The notes below the pieces were generated by a model that was not told the origin of the DNA, searched no databases, and worked only from the letters and a program-made list of their open reading frames with translations. Shown piece after piece: positions 29,797-38,468 of a stretch of 57,742 nt of DNA. Made by a program: the position numbers and the translations under genes. Every line of letters starts with the position of its first letter. Within the stretch, counting starts at the first letter, position 1. Where the stretch lies: NCBI GenBank assembly GCA_913046315.1, contig CAJWRW010000004.1, forward strand, positions 1 to 57,742, read 5' to 3'. Source of the DNA: an uncultured Flavobacteriales bacterium (GTDB lineage Bacteria > Bacteroidota > Bacteroidia > Flavobacteriales > BACL11).

Positions 29797-31428
29797 ATGA
29801 GCAAACTAGAATTTAACAAGAATGATGATAAGATGAGACTACTCATCTCAGAAATGAGAAGAAGACATACGGAAGTTGCTCTTGGTGGCGGTAAAAAGAA
29901 GATAGAGAAGCAACATGCTAAAGGAAAACTTACTGCCAGAGAAAGAGTAGAGTACCTTAAGGATAAAGATGCTGAATTTTTAGAAATTGCTGCGTTTGCG
30001 GGTTATGATATGTATCCAGAATATGGAGGATGTCCTTCTGCTGGAGTGGTTGCAGGTATTACCTATATAAAGGAGAGACAATGCATTGTAGTAGCGAATG
30101 ATGCTACTGTAAAAGCGGGAGCTTGGTTTCCAATTACTGGAAAGAAAAATTTAAGATTGCAAGAAATTGCAATGGAAAACAGATTGCCAATTATTTATTT
30201 GGTGGACTCAGCTGGAGTATTTTTACCAATGCAAGATGAAATCTTTCCAGACAAAGAACATTTCGGAAGGATTTTTAGGAATAATGCTAAAATGAGTTCC
30301 ATGGGTATTACTCAGATTTCTGCCGTTATGGGATCATGTGTTGCTGGAGGCGCGTACCTTCCTATTATGTCGGATGAAGCACTTATTGTAGACAAAACTG
30401 CTTCTATCTTTCTGGCGGGGAGTTACTTGGTAAAAGCTGCTATTGGAGAGAGTATTGATAACGAAACTTTGGGTGGTGCTACTACCCATTGCGAAATTTC
30501 TGGTGTAACGGATTATAAAGCGAAAGACGATAAAGCTGCTTTGAATAAAATCCGATCGATAATGGATAAAATTGGAGAGTTTGAAAAAGCAGGATTCAAC
30601 AGAAAGGAATCTCATCCTCCTAGGCAAAAAGAAAGAGAAATTTATGGAATTATTCCTAGAGACAGAGCAAGGCCTTACCAAATGAGAGAAATCATCAAAA
30701 GGTTAGTGGACAATTCCGAATTTGAAGAATATAAAAAAGGATACGGACAATCTATTGTATGTGGGTATGCCAGAGTAGATGGTTGGGCGGTAGGTATTGT
30801 TGCCAATCAGAGAGAGATGATTAAATCTAAAAAAGGAGAGTTACAATTTGGTGGAGTTATTTATTCAGATTCTGCAGATAAGGCCGCTCGTTTTATTGCT
30901 AATTGTAACCAAAAGAAAATCCCATTGGTGTTTTTACAAGATGTTACTGGTTTTATGGTAGGTTCTAGATCCGAACATGGTGGTATTATTAAGGATGGCG
31001 CTAAAATGGTAAACGCTATGTCTAATTCTGTGGTTCCAAAGTTTACTATTATTATTGGTAATTCCTATGGTGCAGGTAATTATGCTATGTGTGGGAAGGC
31101 CTACGACCCAAGATTAATTGTTGCTTGGCCAACTGCTAAATTAGCAGTTATGGGTGGAGAACAAGCTGCAAAAGTTTTATTACAGATTGAAAAAGCATCC
31201 TTGAAAGCAAAAGGAGAAGAAATTGATGCAGATAAGGAAAAGAAATTATTAAAAAGCATTACAGATAAATACAGCAAGCAGACTTCTCCTTACTATGCAG
31301 CTTCTCGTATTTGGACAGATGCCATTATTGACCCATTAGACACGCGTAAAGTAATTTCTATGGGAATTGAAGCGGCAAATCACGCGCCTATTAACGAAAG
31401 TTATAATCCTGGAGTGATACAGAGTTAA
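29797..31428 (+). CDS. Acyl-CoA carboxylase carboxyltransferase subunit (methylcrotonyl-CoA carboxylase beta-like)
   Basis: GKLTARER, ANDATVKAG, MGSCVAGGAY, QDVTGFMVG, GNYAMCG. Confidence 0.92.
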   Translation: MSKLEFNKNDDKMRLLISEMRRRHTEVALGGGKKKIEKQHAKGKLTARERVEYLKDKDAEFLEIAAFAGYDMYPEYGGCPSAGVVAGITYIKERQCIVVANDATVKAGAWFPITGKKNLRLQEIAMENRLPIIYLVDSAGVFLPMQDEIFPDKEHFGRIFRNNAKMSSMGITQISAVMGSCVAGGAYLPIMSDEALIVDKTASIFLAGSYLVKAAIGESIDNETLGGATTHCEISGVTDYKAKDDKAALNKIRSIMDKIGEFEKAGFNRKESHPPRQKEREIYGIIPRDRARPYQMREIIKRLVDNSEFEEYKKGYGQSIVCGYARVDGWAVGIVANQREMIKSKKGELQFGGVIYSDSADKAARFIANCNQKKIPLVFLQDVTGFMVGSRSEHGGIIKDGAKMVNAMSNSVVPKFTIIIGNSYGAGNYAMCGKAYDPRLIVAWPTAKLAVMGGEQAAKVLLQIEKASLKAKGEEIDADKEKKLLKSITDKYSKQTSPYYAASRIWTDAIIDPLDTRKVISMGIEAANHAPINESYNPGVIQS

Positions 31429-31470
31429 AAATGAATCCATTTCCTATCTTTACAAACTTAATACAAAATT

Positions 31471-33414
31471 ATGATTAACATCACTCTTCCAGATGGAAGT
31501 ATAAAACAGGTAGAGAGTGGAACTTCAGCTATGGATATTGCTATGGGTATTTCTGAAGGTTTAGCACGAAATGTGTTATCTGCTAGTGTAAACGGAGAAG
31601 TTTGGGACGCTAATCGTCCTATCACAACCAATTCTATACTTACCCTACATACTTTTAACGATAAAGAGGGGAAAGCTACTTTCTGGCATTCTTCTGCACA
31701 CATTATGGCAGAAGCCCTAGAGGATTTATATCCTGGTGTAAAACTAGGTATTGGTCCTGCAGTAGACAATGGTTTTTATTATGATGTAGATTTAGGAGAT
31801 CGCCTGCTGTCTGCAGATGAATTACCTAGGATTGAAAAGAAAATGAAGGAGTTAGCAGCTCAAAAAGTTTCTTTTGAGCGTAAAGATATTGCTAAAGCAG
31901 ATGCCATTCAGTACTTCACCGATAAGGGAGATGAATATAAGTTAGAGATTCTGAAAGACTTAGAAGATGGGAACATCACTTTTTACACCCAAGGTAACTT
32001 TACTGATTTGTGTAGAGGTCCACATATTCCTTCTTCCGCAAAAATTAAAGCAATTAAATTACTAAATATTGCAGGTGCTTATTGGAGAGGAAATGAAAAT
32101 CGTAAGCAACTTACGCGTATTTATGGGGTATCGTTCCCAAAACAAAAAGAATTAACTGCTCACTTGGAGATGTTAGAGGAAGCCAAAAAACGCGACCACC
32201 GAAAACTAGGTAAGGAGATGGAATTATTTACCTTCTCTCAAAAGGTGGGGCAAGGATTACCTTTATGGTTACCTAAAGGAGCGCAACTCAGAGACAAATT
32301 GGAAAGTTTCCTTAAAAAAGCACAGACTCAAGCAGGTTATTTACCTGTAGTAACTCCACATATTGGCAACAAAGATTTGTATGTATGTTCAGGTCATTAC
32401 GATAAATATGGCGAGGATTCTTTCCAACCTATCAAAACTCCTAATAAGGGAGAGGAATTTTTCCTAAAACCTATGAACTGCCCGCACCATTGCGAGATTT
32501 ACAAGTCCAAGCAATATTCTTATCGTGACTTACCTATTCGTTTTGCAGAATTTGGTACAGTTTATAGATACGAGCAATCTGGAGAATTACACGGTCTTAC
32601 TCGTGTTAGAGGATTTACTCAGGATGATGCGCACCTTTTTGTGCGTCCTGATCAGGTGAAACAAGAATTCATCAATGTTATTGACTTGGTATTGTATGTA
32701 TTTAATGCACTTGGTTTTGAAGATTTTAAAGCGCAAGTTTCTTTACGAGATCCTGAAAATAAAGCCAAATACATAGGTTCGGATGAAAATTGGGACAAAG
32801 CAGAAGCTGCAATTATAGAAGCGGCAGATGAAAAAAGACTAGATACAGTAGTAGAATATGGTGAAGCGGCCTTCTATGGCCCTAAACTAGATTTTATGGT
32901 TAAGGACGCGCTGGGAAGAGAGTGGCAATTAGGAACAATTCAGGTAGATTATAGCCTTCCTGAGCGTTTTGAACTAGAGTACACTGGTGCAGATAATCAA
33001 AAATACAGGCCTGTAATGATTCACAGAGCGCCTTTCGGTTCTATGGAACGCTTTGTGGCTATTCTTATCGAGCATTGTGGCGGAAACTTCCCACTTTGGC
33101 TAGCACCTGATCAGTTTATCATTTTGCCTATTAGTGAGAAATATCACGAATATGCAGAAAAAGTATCTAAATTATTAAAAAATTACGATATTTGCGGCCC
33201 TATTGACAGCAGGGCTGAAACTACTGGTAGAAAGATTAGAGATGCCGAAGTTTCAAAAATTCCTTACATCATAATTGTAGGAGAAAAAGAAGAAAAACAA
33301 GAGCAAATTGCTGTTAGAAAACATGGAAGAGAAGATTTAGGAAGCATGTCAATTGAGAAGTTTAAAAATTTAATAAAAGCAGAAATAGATAATTTAATTA
33401 CTTTTAATAACTAA
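31471..33414 (+). CDS. thrS: Threonine--tRNA ligase
   Basis: TGS domain, [30 protein letters not shown]. Confidence 0.98.
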   Translation: MINITLPDGSIKQVESGTSAMDIAMGISEGLARNVLSASVNGEVWDANRPITTNSILTLHTFNDKEGKATFWHSSAHIMAEALEDLYPGVKLGIGPAVDNGFYYDVDLGDRLLSADELPRIEKKMKELAAQKVSFERKDIAKADAIQYFTDKGDEYKLEILKDLEDGNITFYTQGNFTDLCRGPHIPSSAKIKAIKLLNIAGAYWRGNENRKQLTRIYGVSFPKQKELTAHLEMLEEAKKRDHRKLGKEMELFTFSQKVGQGLPLWLPKGAQLRDKLESFLKKAQTQAGYLPVVTPHIGNKDLYVCSGHYDKYGEDSFQPIKTPNKGEEFFLKPMNCPHHCEIYKSKQYSYRDLPIRFAEFGTVYRYEQSGELHGLTRVRGFTQDDAHLFVRPDQVKQEFINVIDLVLYVFNALGFEDFKAQVSLRDPENKAKYIGSDENWDKAEAAIIEAADEKRLDTVVEYGEAAFYGPKLDFMVKDALGREWQLGTIQVDYSLPERFELEYTGADNQKYRPVMIHRAPFGSMERFVAILIEHCGGNFPLWLAPDQFIILPISEKYHEYAEKVSKLLKNYDICGPIDSRAETTGRKIRDAEVSKIPYIIIVGEKEEKQEQIAVRKHGREDLGSMSIEKFKNLIKAEIDNLITFNN

Positions 33415-33426
33415 AAACAGTAAAAG

Positions 33427-33966
33427 ATCGCAAAAAGAAATTTTAGAAAAAGGGAAAGTAAACCACAACACAGAATAGGTAAGGAAATTACAGCAGCGTT
33501 TGTAAGAATGGTAGGAGATGAAGTTGAAGCAAAAATTGTCCCTTTAGATGAAGCTTTAAAATCAGCAAATCGTTTAGGATTGGATTTAGTTGAAATTTCA
33601 CCAAATGCTGAACCGCCAGTTTGTAAAGTAATTGATTATAAAAAGTTTATTTACGACCAAAAGAAGAAGCAAAAAGCGATAAAAAGTAAAGCACAAAAGG
33701 TTGTAATAAAAGAGTTAAGATTTGGACCGAATACAGGAGAGCACGATTTTAATTTTAAATTAAAACATGCCGAAAAGTTTTTACAAGATGGAGCAAAAGT
33801 AAAAGCATTTGTATTTTTTAGAGGAAGAACGATTATTTTTAAAGAGCAAGGGGAAATCTTACTATTAAAATTGGCTCAGGCATTAGAAAAATTTGGAGTT
33901 GTTGAAAGTATGCCAAAGCTTGAAGGAAAAAGAATGATAATGTTAATAGCACCAAAAAAGAAATAA
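33427..33966 (+). CDS. infC: Translation initiation factor IF-3 (probable non-canonical ATC start)
   Basis: [25 protein letters not shown]; frame stays open upstream of ATG 33508 to ATC 33427 (in-frame TAA at 33421), restoring the HRI..EI...VR N-domain. Confidence 0.93.
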   Translation: MAKRNFRKRESKPQHRIGKEITAAFVRMVGDEVEAKIVPLDEALKSANRLGLDLVEISPNAEPPVCKVIDYKKFIYDQKKKQKAIKSKAQKVVIKELRFGPNTGEHDFNFKLKHAEKFLQDGAKVKAFVFFRGRTIIFKEQGEILLLKLAQALEKFGVVESMPKLEGKRMIMLIAPKKK

Positions 33967-33975
33967 AATAGAATT

Positions 33976-34170
33976 ATGCCAAAAATGAAAACAAAAGCTG
34001 GAGCAAAAAAAAGGTTTAAGGTAACTGGCTCTGGCAAATTGAAAAGAAAGCATGCTTTTAAATCTCACATCTTAACAAAGAAAGAGACAAAGCAAAAAAG
34101 AAACCTTACAAAGTCAGGCTTAGTACACAAATCAGACGAGAAGAGTGTGAAGCAGCAACTTTGTATGTAA
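33976..34170 (+). CDS. rpmI: 50S ribosomal protein L35
   Basis: MPKMKT..GAKKRFK.TGSGK. Confidence 0.98.
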   Translation: MPKMKTKAGAKKRFKVTGSGKLKRKHAFKSHILTKKETKQKRNLTKSGLVHKSDEKSVKQQLCM

Positions 34171-34185
34171 TTAAATTAGGTAACT

Positions 34186-34237
34186 AACCAGGGATTTAGC
34201 CAAAAAAGGGCTTTAATAGTTAAAGCCGCTAACTACC
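34186..34237 (+). promoter_or_regulatory. Candidate structured RNA leader upstream of rplT
   Basis: Perfect hairpin GGCTTTAA-TAG-TTAAAGCC nested in a TTAGC/GCTAA helix, with no U tract. Confidence 0.5.
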
Positions 34238-34252
34238 AAAAACAAAAAGAAA

Positions 34253-34597
34253 ATGCCAAGATCAGTAAATTCAGTAGCTGCAAAAGCTAGAAGAAAAAAG
34301 GTCCTAAAAGCCGCCAAAGGTTACTTTGGAAGAAGAAAAAATGTACATACTGTTGCAAAAAATGCAGTTGAAAAAGCAATGCAGTATGCATACAGAGACA
34401 GAAAAAACAAAAAAAGAACTTTCCGCTCACTTTGGATTCAAAGAATTAATGCAGGAACAAGACAATATGGAATGTCTTATTCGCAATTTATGGGAAAAAT
34501 TCATGCAAATGGAATTGAGCTAAACAGAAAAGTGTTAGCTGATTTAGCTATGAATAATCAAGAAGCTTTTAAAGCAATAGTTGATAAAGTAAAATAA
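34253..34597 (+). CDS. rplT: 50S ribosomal protein L20
   Basis: [35 protein letters not shown]. Confidence 0.98.
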   Translation: MPRSVNSVAAKARRKKVLKAAKGYFGRRKNVHTVAKNAVEKAMQYAYRDRKNKKRTFRSLWIQRINAGTRQYGMSYSQFMGKIHANGIELNRKVLADLAMNNQEAFKAIVDKVK

Positions 34598-34619
34598 ATA
34601 TTTTTTGTTGCTAAATTAG

Positions 34620-34645
34620 AAGGAGAACAATTGTTCGCCTTTTTT
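34620..34645. terminator. Intrinsic terminator between convergent rplT and the TPR gene
   Basis: AAGGAGAAC-AATT-GTTCGCCTT followed by a T run. Confidence 0.65.
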
Positions 34646-35666
34646 ATTGCTTAATTTGTTGGTTTCTTAAAAGTAAGGCATTAAGCGCATCTTTTGCGTT
34701 TTGGTAGTTTGGATTGATTGATAATGCCTTTCTGTAATCCAATTCTGCACGATACACATCTCCAAGTGTCTCATAGCAATGTCCTCTTGAATAGTAGGCC
34801 TCATGAAAGTCCAGATTAAAAGAGATAGCATTTGCAAAATCATTCACAGCAACATCATACAACCCTAATTTGATATGAACAAATCCTAAATTGTAATAAC
34901 CATCTGAAAAAGTGGGGTAAATCTGTACGAGATTAGTATATGATTTTATTGCCTCATTCCAATTTTCTGTATCTTGATAAAACTTTCCTAAATTGTAAAG
35001 TGCCAATTTATTATTCGGATTAATCTTTAAAGTATTTTTATAGTAAAGTACAGCTGTAGTATCTTCTTTCTTCTGATAAATAAGTCCTAACTGCACATAA
35101 GCATCTTCTTGTAAAGGATCAATATCAACTGCATTATGAAAAAACTGAATAGCTTTATCTTCTTCCTGCAATGAAGCATAAATATATCCTTTCAGAAGAT
35201 GTGCTTTTGCCGTATTATACTCTAATTCAATGACTTTATTTAAAGAGGCAATAGCTTCTTTTACTTCTCCAAAAGCAAGATGCAACTCTCCTTTTAGCAC
35301 CAATGCTGGAATAAAATCAGTCTGAATATTTAATACTTCTTTTAAGTGGAATTTTGCCTGTTCTGGATAAGATTGTTTTGTTCTATCCATTTTTGCGATT
35401 TCATAATACAAAAAAGCCGTTTGATAATGATAATTGCTATTAGCAGAATTTAAATTAACACACTGCTTATAATCCATGAGTGCCGATTCTAAATTATCAT
35501 TATTTAGAAAATATATGGCTCTTTTCTCCAAATAATCAGTGTTTTGTGGGCTTTTTGAGATAGACTCCGACAAAAGAGCCAATTCTGATTTTGCCTTTTC
35601 AACATTTACTTGCTTAGGTTGAGTACATGAGAAAAGCAGGGCTGTAATTATGAAAAATAACCTCAT
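34644..35666 (-). CDS. Tetratricopeptide-repeat lipoprotein
   Basis: Lipobox LFSC; multiple A..Y..A....P...AY.NLG repeats. Confidence 0.9.
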   Translation of the reverse strand: MRLFFIITALLFSCTQPKQVNVEKAKSELALLSESISKSPQNTDYLEKRAIYFLNNDNLESALMDYKQCVNLNSANSNYHYQTAFLYYEIAKMDRTKQSYPEQAKFHLKEVLNIQTDFIPALVLKGELHLAFGEVKEAIASLNKVIELEYNTAKAHLLKGYIYASLQEEDKAIQFFHNAVDIDPLQEDAYVQLGLIYQKKEDTTAVLYYKNTLKINPNNKLALYNLGKFYQDTENWNEAIKSYTNLVQIYPTFSDGYYNLGFVHIKLGLYDVAVNDFANAISFNLDFHEAYYSRGHCYETLGDVYRAELDYRKALSINPNYQNAKDALNALLLRNQQIKQ

Positions 35667-35682
35667 TGCAGAAAAAGATGAG

Positions 35683-36678
35683 CTAAGCTAATTGATCAAA
35701 TATTTTTGTTTCAATTTCTTCAGAAAGTTCCGGATTATCTTCTAGCATTAGTTTTACAGCATCACGTCCTTGCCCTAATTTTGTATCATTATAAGAGAAC
35801 CAAGAGCCACTCTTGTTGATAATTTCATGATCTACTGCTAAATCTAAAATTTCCCCAGAACGGGAAACCCCTTTTCCAAACATAATATCAAACTCAGCCA
35901 TTCTGAAAGGTGGCGCTACTTTGTTCTTCACTACCTTGACTCTTGTTCTGTTTCCAATTACACCATCTGCATCCTTTATAGCACCAATTCTTCTAATATC
36001 CAATCGAACTGAGGCATAAAACTTGAGCGCATTTCCACCAGTAGTGGTTTCAGGATTTCCAAACATTACGCCTATTTTCATTCTCAGTTGATTGATAAAC
36101 ATACAAGTACATCCTGTTTTACTGATAGTAGCAGTAAGTTTCCGTAATGCTTGAGACATCAAACGAGCATGCAGCCCCATTTTAGAGTCTCCCATCTCCC
36201 CTTCAATCTCGGATTTTGGGGTAAGTGCTGCAACAGAATCAATCACGACCAAATCAACAGCGCCAGAGCTTATTAAATGATCAGCAACTTCCAATGCTTG
36301 TTCTCCATTATCAGGCTGAGAAATAAGTAGATTATCAACATCAACACCTAAACTAGCAGCATAAGAAGAGTCAAATGCATGTTCGGCATCAATGAATGCG
36401 GCTATTCCACCTTGTTTTTGTACTTGCGCAATGGCATGAATAGTCAATGTTGTTTTTCCAGAAGACTCTGGACCATAAATTTCAATTACTCTTCCTCTAG
36501 GGTAGCCCCCCACTCCTAATGCTAAATCAACGCCAATCGAGCCAGAAGGTATAGCATCTATTTTCTCATCTACTTTATCCCCTAACTTCATTACCACTCC
36601 TTTTCCGTACGACTTTTCTAATTTGCCTAACGTAATTTCAAGCGCTTTTAATTTTGCGTCTTTTTCTTTGTTTGCCAT
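35683..36678 (-). CDS. recA: Recombinase A
   Basis: [40 protein letters not shown]. Confidence 0.99.
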   Translation of the reverse strand: MANKEKDAKLKALEITLGKLEKSYGKGVVMKLGDKVDEKIDAIPSGSIGVDLALGVGGYPRGRVIEIYGPESSGKTTLTIHAIAQVQKQGGIAAFIDAEHAFDSSYAASLGVDVDNLLISQPDNGEQALEVADHLISSGAVDLVVIDSVAALTPKSEIEGEMGDSKMGLHARLMSQALRKLTATISKTGCTCMFINQLRMKIGVMFGNPETTTGGNALKFYASVRLDIRRIGAIKDADGVIGNRTRVKVVKNKVAPPFRMAEFDIMFGKGVSRSGEILDLAVDHEIINKSGSWFSYNDTKLGQGRDAVKLMLEDNPELSEEIETKIFDQLA

Positions 36679-36759
36679 TGCTTTTTGATTTTATACAAAA
36701 AAGCGAAATATTACTACAATAAAAAAATAATCGTCTGGCTATTTTTCAACAGCTTATTT

Positions 36760-37389
36760 TTACTGAAAATATTTGCAAATATTGGTAATACCACAATCCT
36801 CACATGCTGGTCTTCTTGCCTTACACACATATCTTCCATGCAATATAAGCCAATGATGGGCTATGTTTAATTTTTCCTTTGGGAATAATTTGAGTAATTG
36901 TAATTCAGCTTGTAAAGGATTTTTTGCTTTTGTTGTTAGCCCAATGCGTTCCGAAACACGAAAAACATGTGTATCTACTGGCATAGCAGGAATATCAAAA
37001 AAAACAGAACCAATCACATTAGCAGTTTTTCTTCCAACTCCTGCTAAAGTTTGTAAATCATCTAAGTTATCTGGAATCTCCCCATTAAAATTAATCATAA
37101 GTTGCTTTGCCATTTTTGATAAATGCTTTGCTTTGTTTCTTGGATAAGAACAAGACCTTATCAACTCAAAGATAGCATCTACTGATGCTTCTGACATCAC
37201 CTCAGCATTGGGTATTTCTTCAAAAAGCTTTTTTGTAATGATATTGACTCTTTTATCGGTACATTGTGCGGAAAGGATAACTGCAACAGTAAGCTCAAAT
37301 GCATTCGAATAATGCAGCTCAGTTTTTGCCTCTGGCATATTTGTTGAGAAATGTGCTATAAACTGCTTTACCCTTTGCTGCTTTTTCAT
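36760..37389 (-). CDS. nth: Endonuclease III
   Basis: LSAQCTD, HhH GVGRKTA, VDTHV, 4Fe-4S motif CKARRPACEDC.....C. Confidence 0.97.
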   Translation of the reverse strand: MKKQQRVKQFIAHFSTNMPEAKTELHYSNAFELTVAVILSAQCTDKRVNIITKKLFEEIPNAEVMSEASVDAIFELIRSCSYPRNKAKHLSKMAKQLMINFNGEIPDNLDDLQTLAGVGRKTANVIGSVFFDIPAMPVDTHVFRVSERIGLTTKAKNPLQAELQLLKLFPKEKLNIAHHWLILHGRYVCKARRPACEDCGITNICKYFQ

Positions 37390-37407
37390 CTTGCTAAGCT
37401 ATAAAAT

Positions 37408-37440
37408 AAAAAGAGTCAAGCAAATTGCTCGACTCTTTTT
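37408..37440 (-). terminator. Intrinsic terminator after the sigma-factor operon
   Basis: Minus strand GAGTCGAGCA-ATT-TGCTTGACTC followed by TTTTT. Confidence 0.8.
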
Positions 37441-37455
37441 GCTAACCAAAACCAC

Positions 37456-37653
37456 TTAGTTTAGCACTAATAAAACCTTATTGATTGATTTGGTTTTATG
37501 GCATTTAACCGATTTAGCATACGCTATAATGTTTGCAATTGTTTCGTTTTTTGGTAACAGATTGCTTTCAGTATTTATAGATTTTTTTGTGTCAACCGAT
37601 TGATTTAAAGCTAATTGGTCTAAGGCTTTTAAAAGAGTAAAGTTGTTTTTCAT
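37456..37653 (-). CDS. Small hypothetical protein downstream of the sigma factor
   Basis: 65-aa ORF fills the gap between the sigma gene and the terminator; P..ETI.NI..YAKS...LN pattern resembles small Bacteroidota proteins at this position. Confidence 0.65.
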   Translation of the reverse strand: MKNNFTLLKALDQLALNQSVDTKKSINTESNLLPKNETIANIIAYAKSVKCHKTKSINKVLLVLN

Positions 37654-37724
37654 ATATATAAAGTATGGTTATCATACATTAATAAACGAAAAACAACTTT
37701 TATTATTATTTAGAAATGTGTTTT

Positions 37725-38312
37725 TTAACTGAGCTGCAAATCAATTTGATTTTTATCTATTAGTTTTCTTAAATTTATAAGCGCATAACGCATGCGCCCT
37801 AATGCAGTATTGATACTCACTCCTGTGCCTTGAGAAATTTCCTTAAAACTGAGTCCTGCATAATAACGCATTTTTAAAACTTCCTTTTGATCTTCTGGCA
37901 AACACTCAATCAATTTTCTTAAATCGGCATGAATTTGTCCATTTACCAAATCTTCTTCAACATTCTTTGATTCATCATAAATAATATCAAATATGTCAAA
38001 CTCATCTTTTGGTTCAATTTTGCGCATTTTATTGCTTTTTCTAAAATGGTCTATCACCAAATTATGAGCAATGCGCATTACCCAAGGAAGAAACTTTCCT
38101 TCTTCATTATACTTACCTTTTTGTAAGGAATTAATAACTTTAATAAAAGTATCTTGAAAAACATCTTCGGCAAGATCTCTATTTTTAATTTTTGACAAGA
38201 TAAACGCATAAATCTTCTGCTTATGCTTACTAATTATAATCTCAAAACTTTTATGATTTCCTTCTAAATAAAGGGAAACTAACTCCTGGTCTGACAGCTT
38301 ACTTAATAACAT
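37725..38312 (-). CDS. ECF-type RNA polymerase sigma-70 factor
   Basis: AEDVFQDTFIK, WVMRIAHN..ID.FR (region 2), LSFKEI...GVSINT (region 4). Confidence 0.93.
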   Translation of the reverse strand: MLLSKLSDQELVSLYLEGNHKSFEIIISKHKQKIYAFILSKIKNRDLAEDVFQDTFIKVINSLQKGKYNEEGKFLPWVMRIAHNLVIDHFRKSNKMRKIEPKDEFDIFDIIYDESKNVEEDLVNGQIHADLRKLIECLPEDQKEVLKMRYYAGLSFKEISQGTGVSINTALGRMRYALINLRKLIDKNQIDLQLS

Positions 38313-38468
38313 AAATACTTTTTTTGGTTAATAAATTTTATTAAAGTAATTATGTTGCTATATAGTCTTTTTTAGTTAGTTATTTCATGAATTAAAGTCC
38401 AAATATAGTACTTCTTATTGAAAAATACAAATCTATTTATATAAGTTTGCAGCTTGCTAAAATTTTTC

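Noticed and set aside
31429-31470. T-box or leader upstream of thrS
   Set aside because: The spacer is only 42 nt and holds just a promoter-like TATCTTTA
36679-36759. LexA/SOS box upstream of recA (also checked upstream of uvrA)
   Set aside because: No GGA-N5-TCC or other convincing palindrome found
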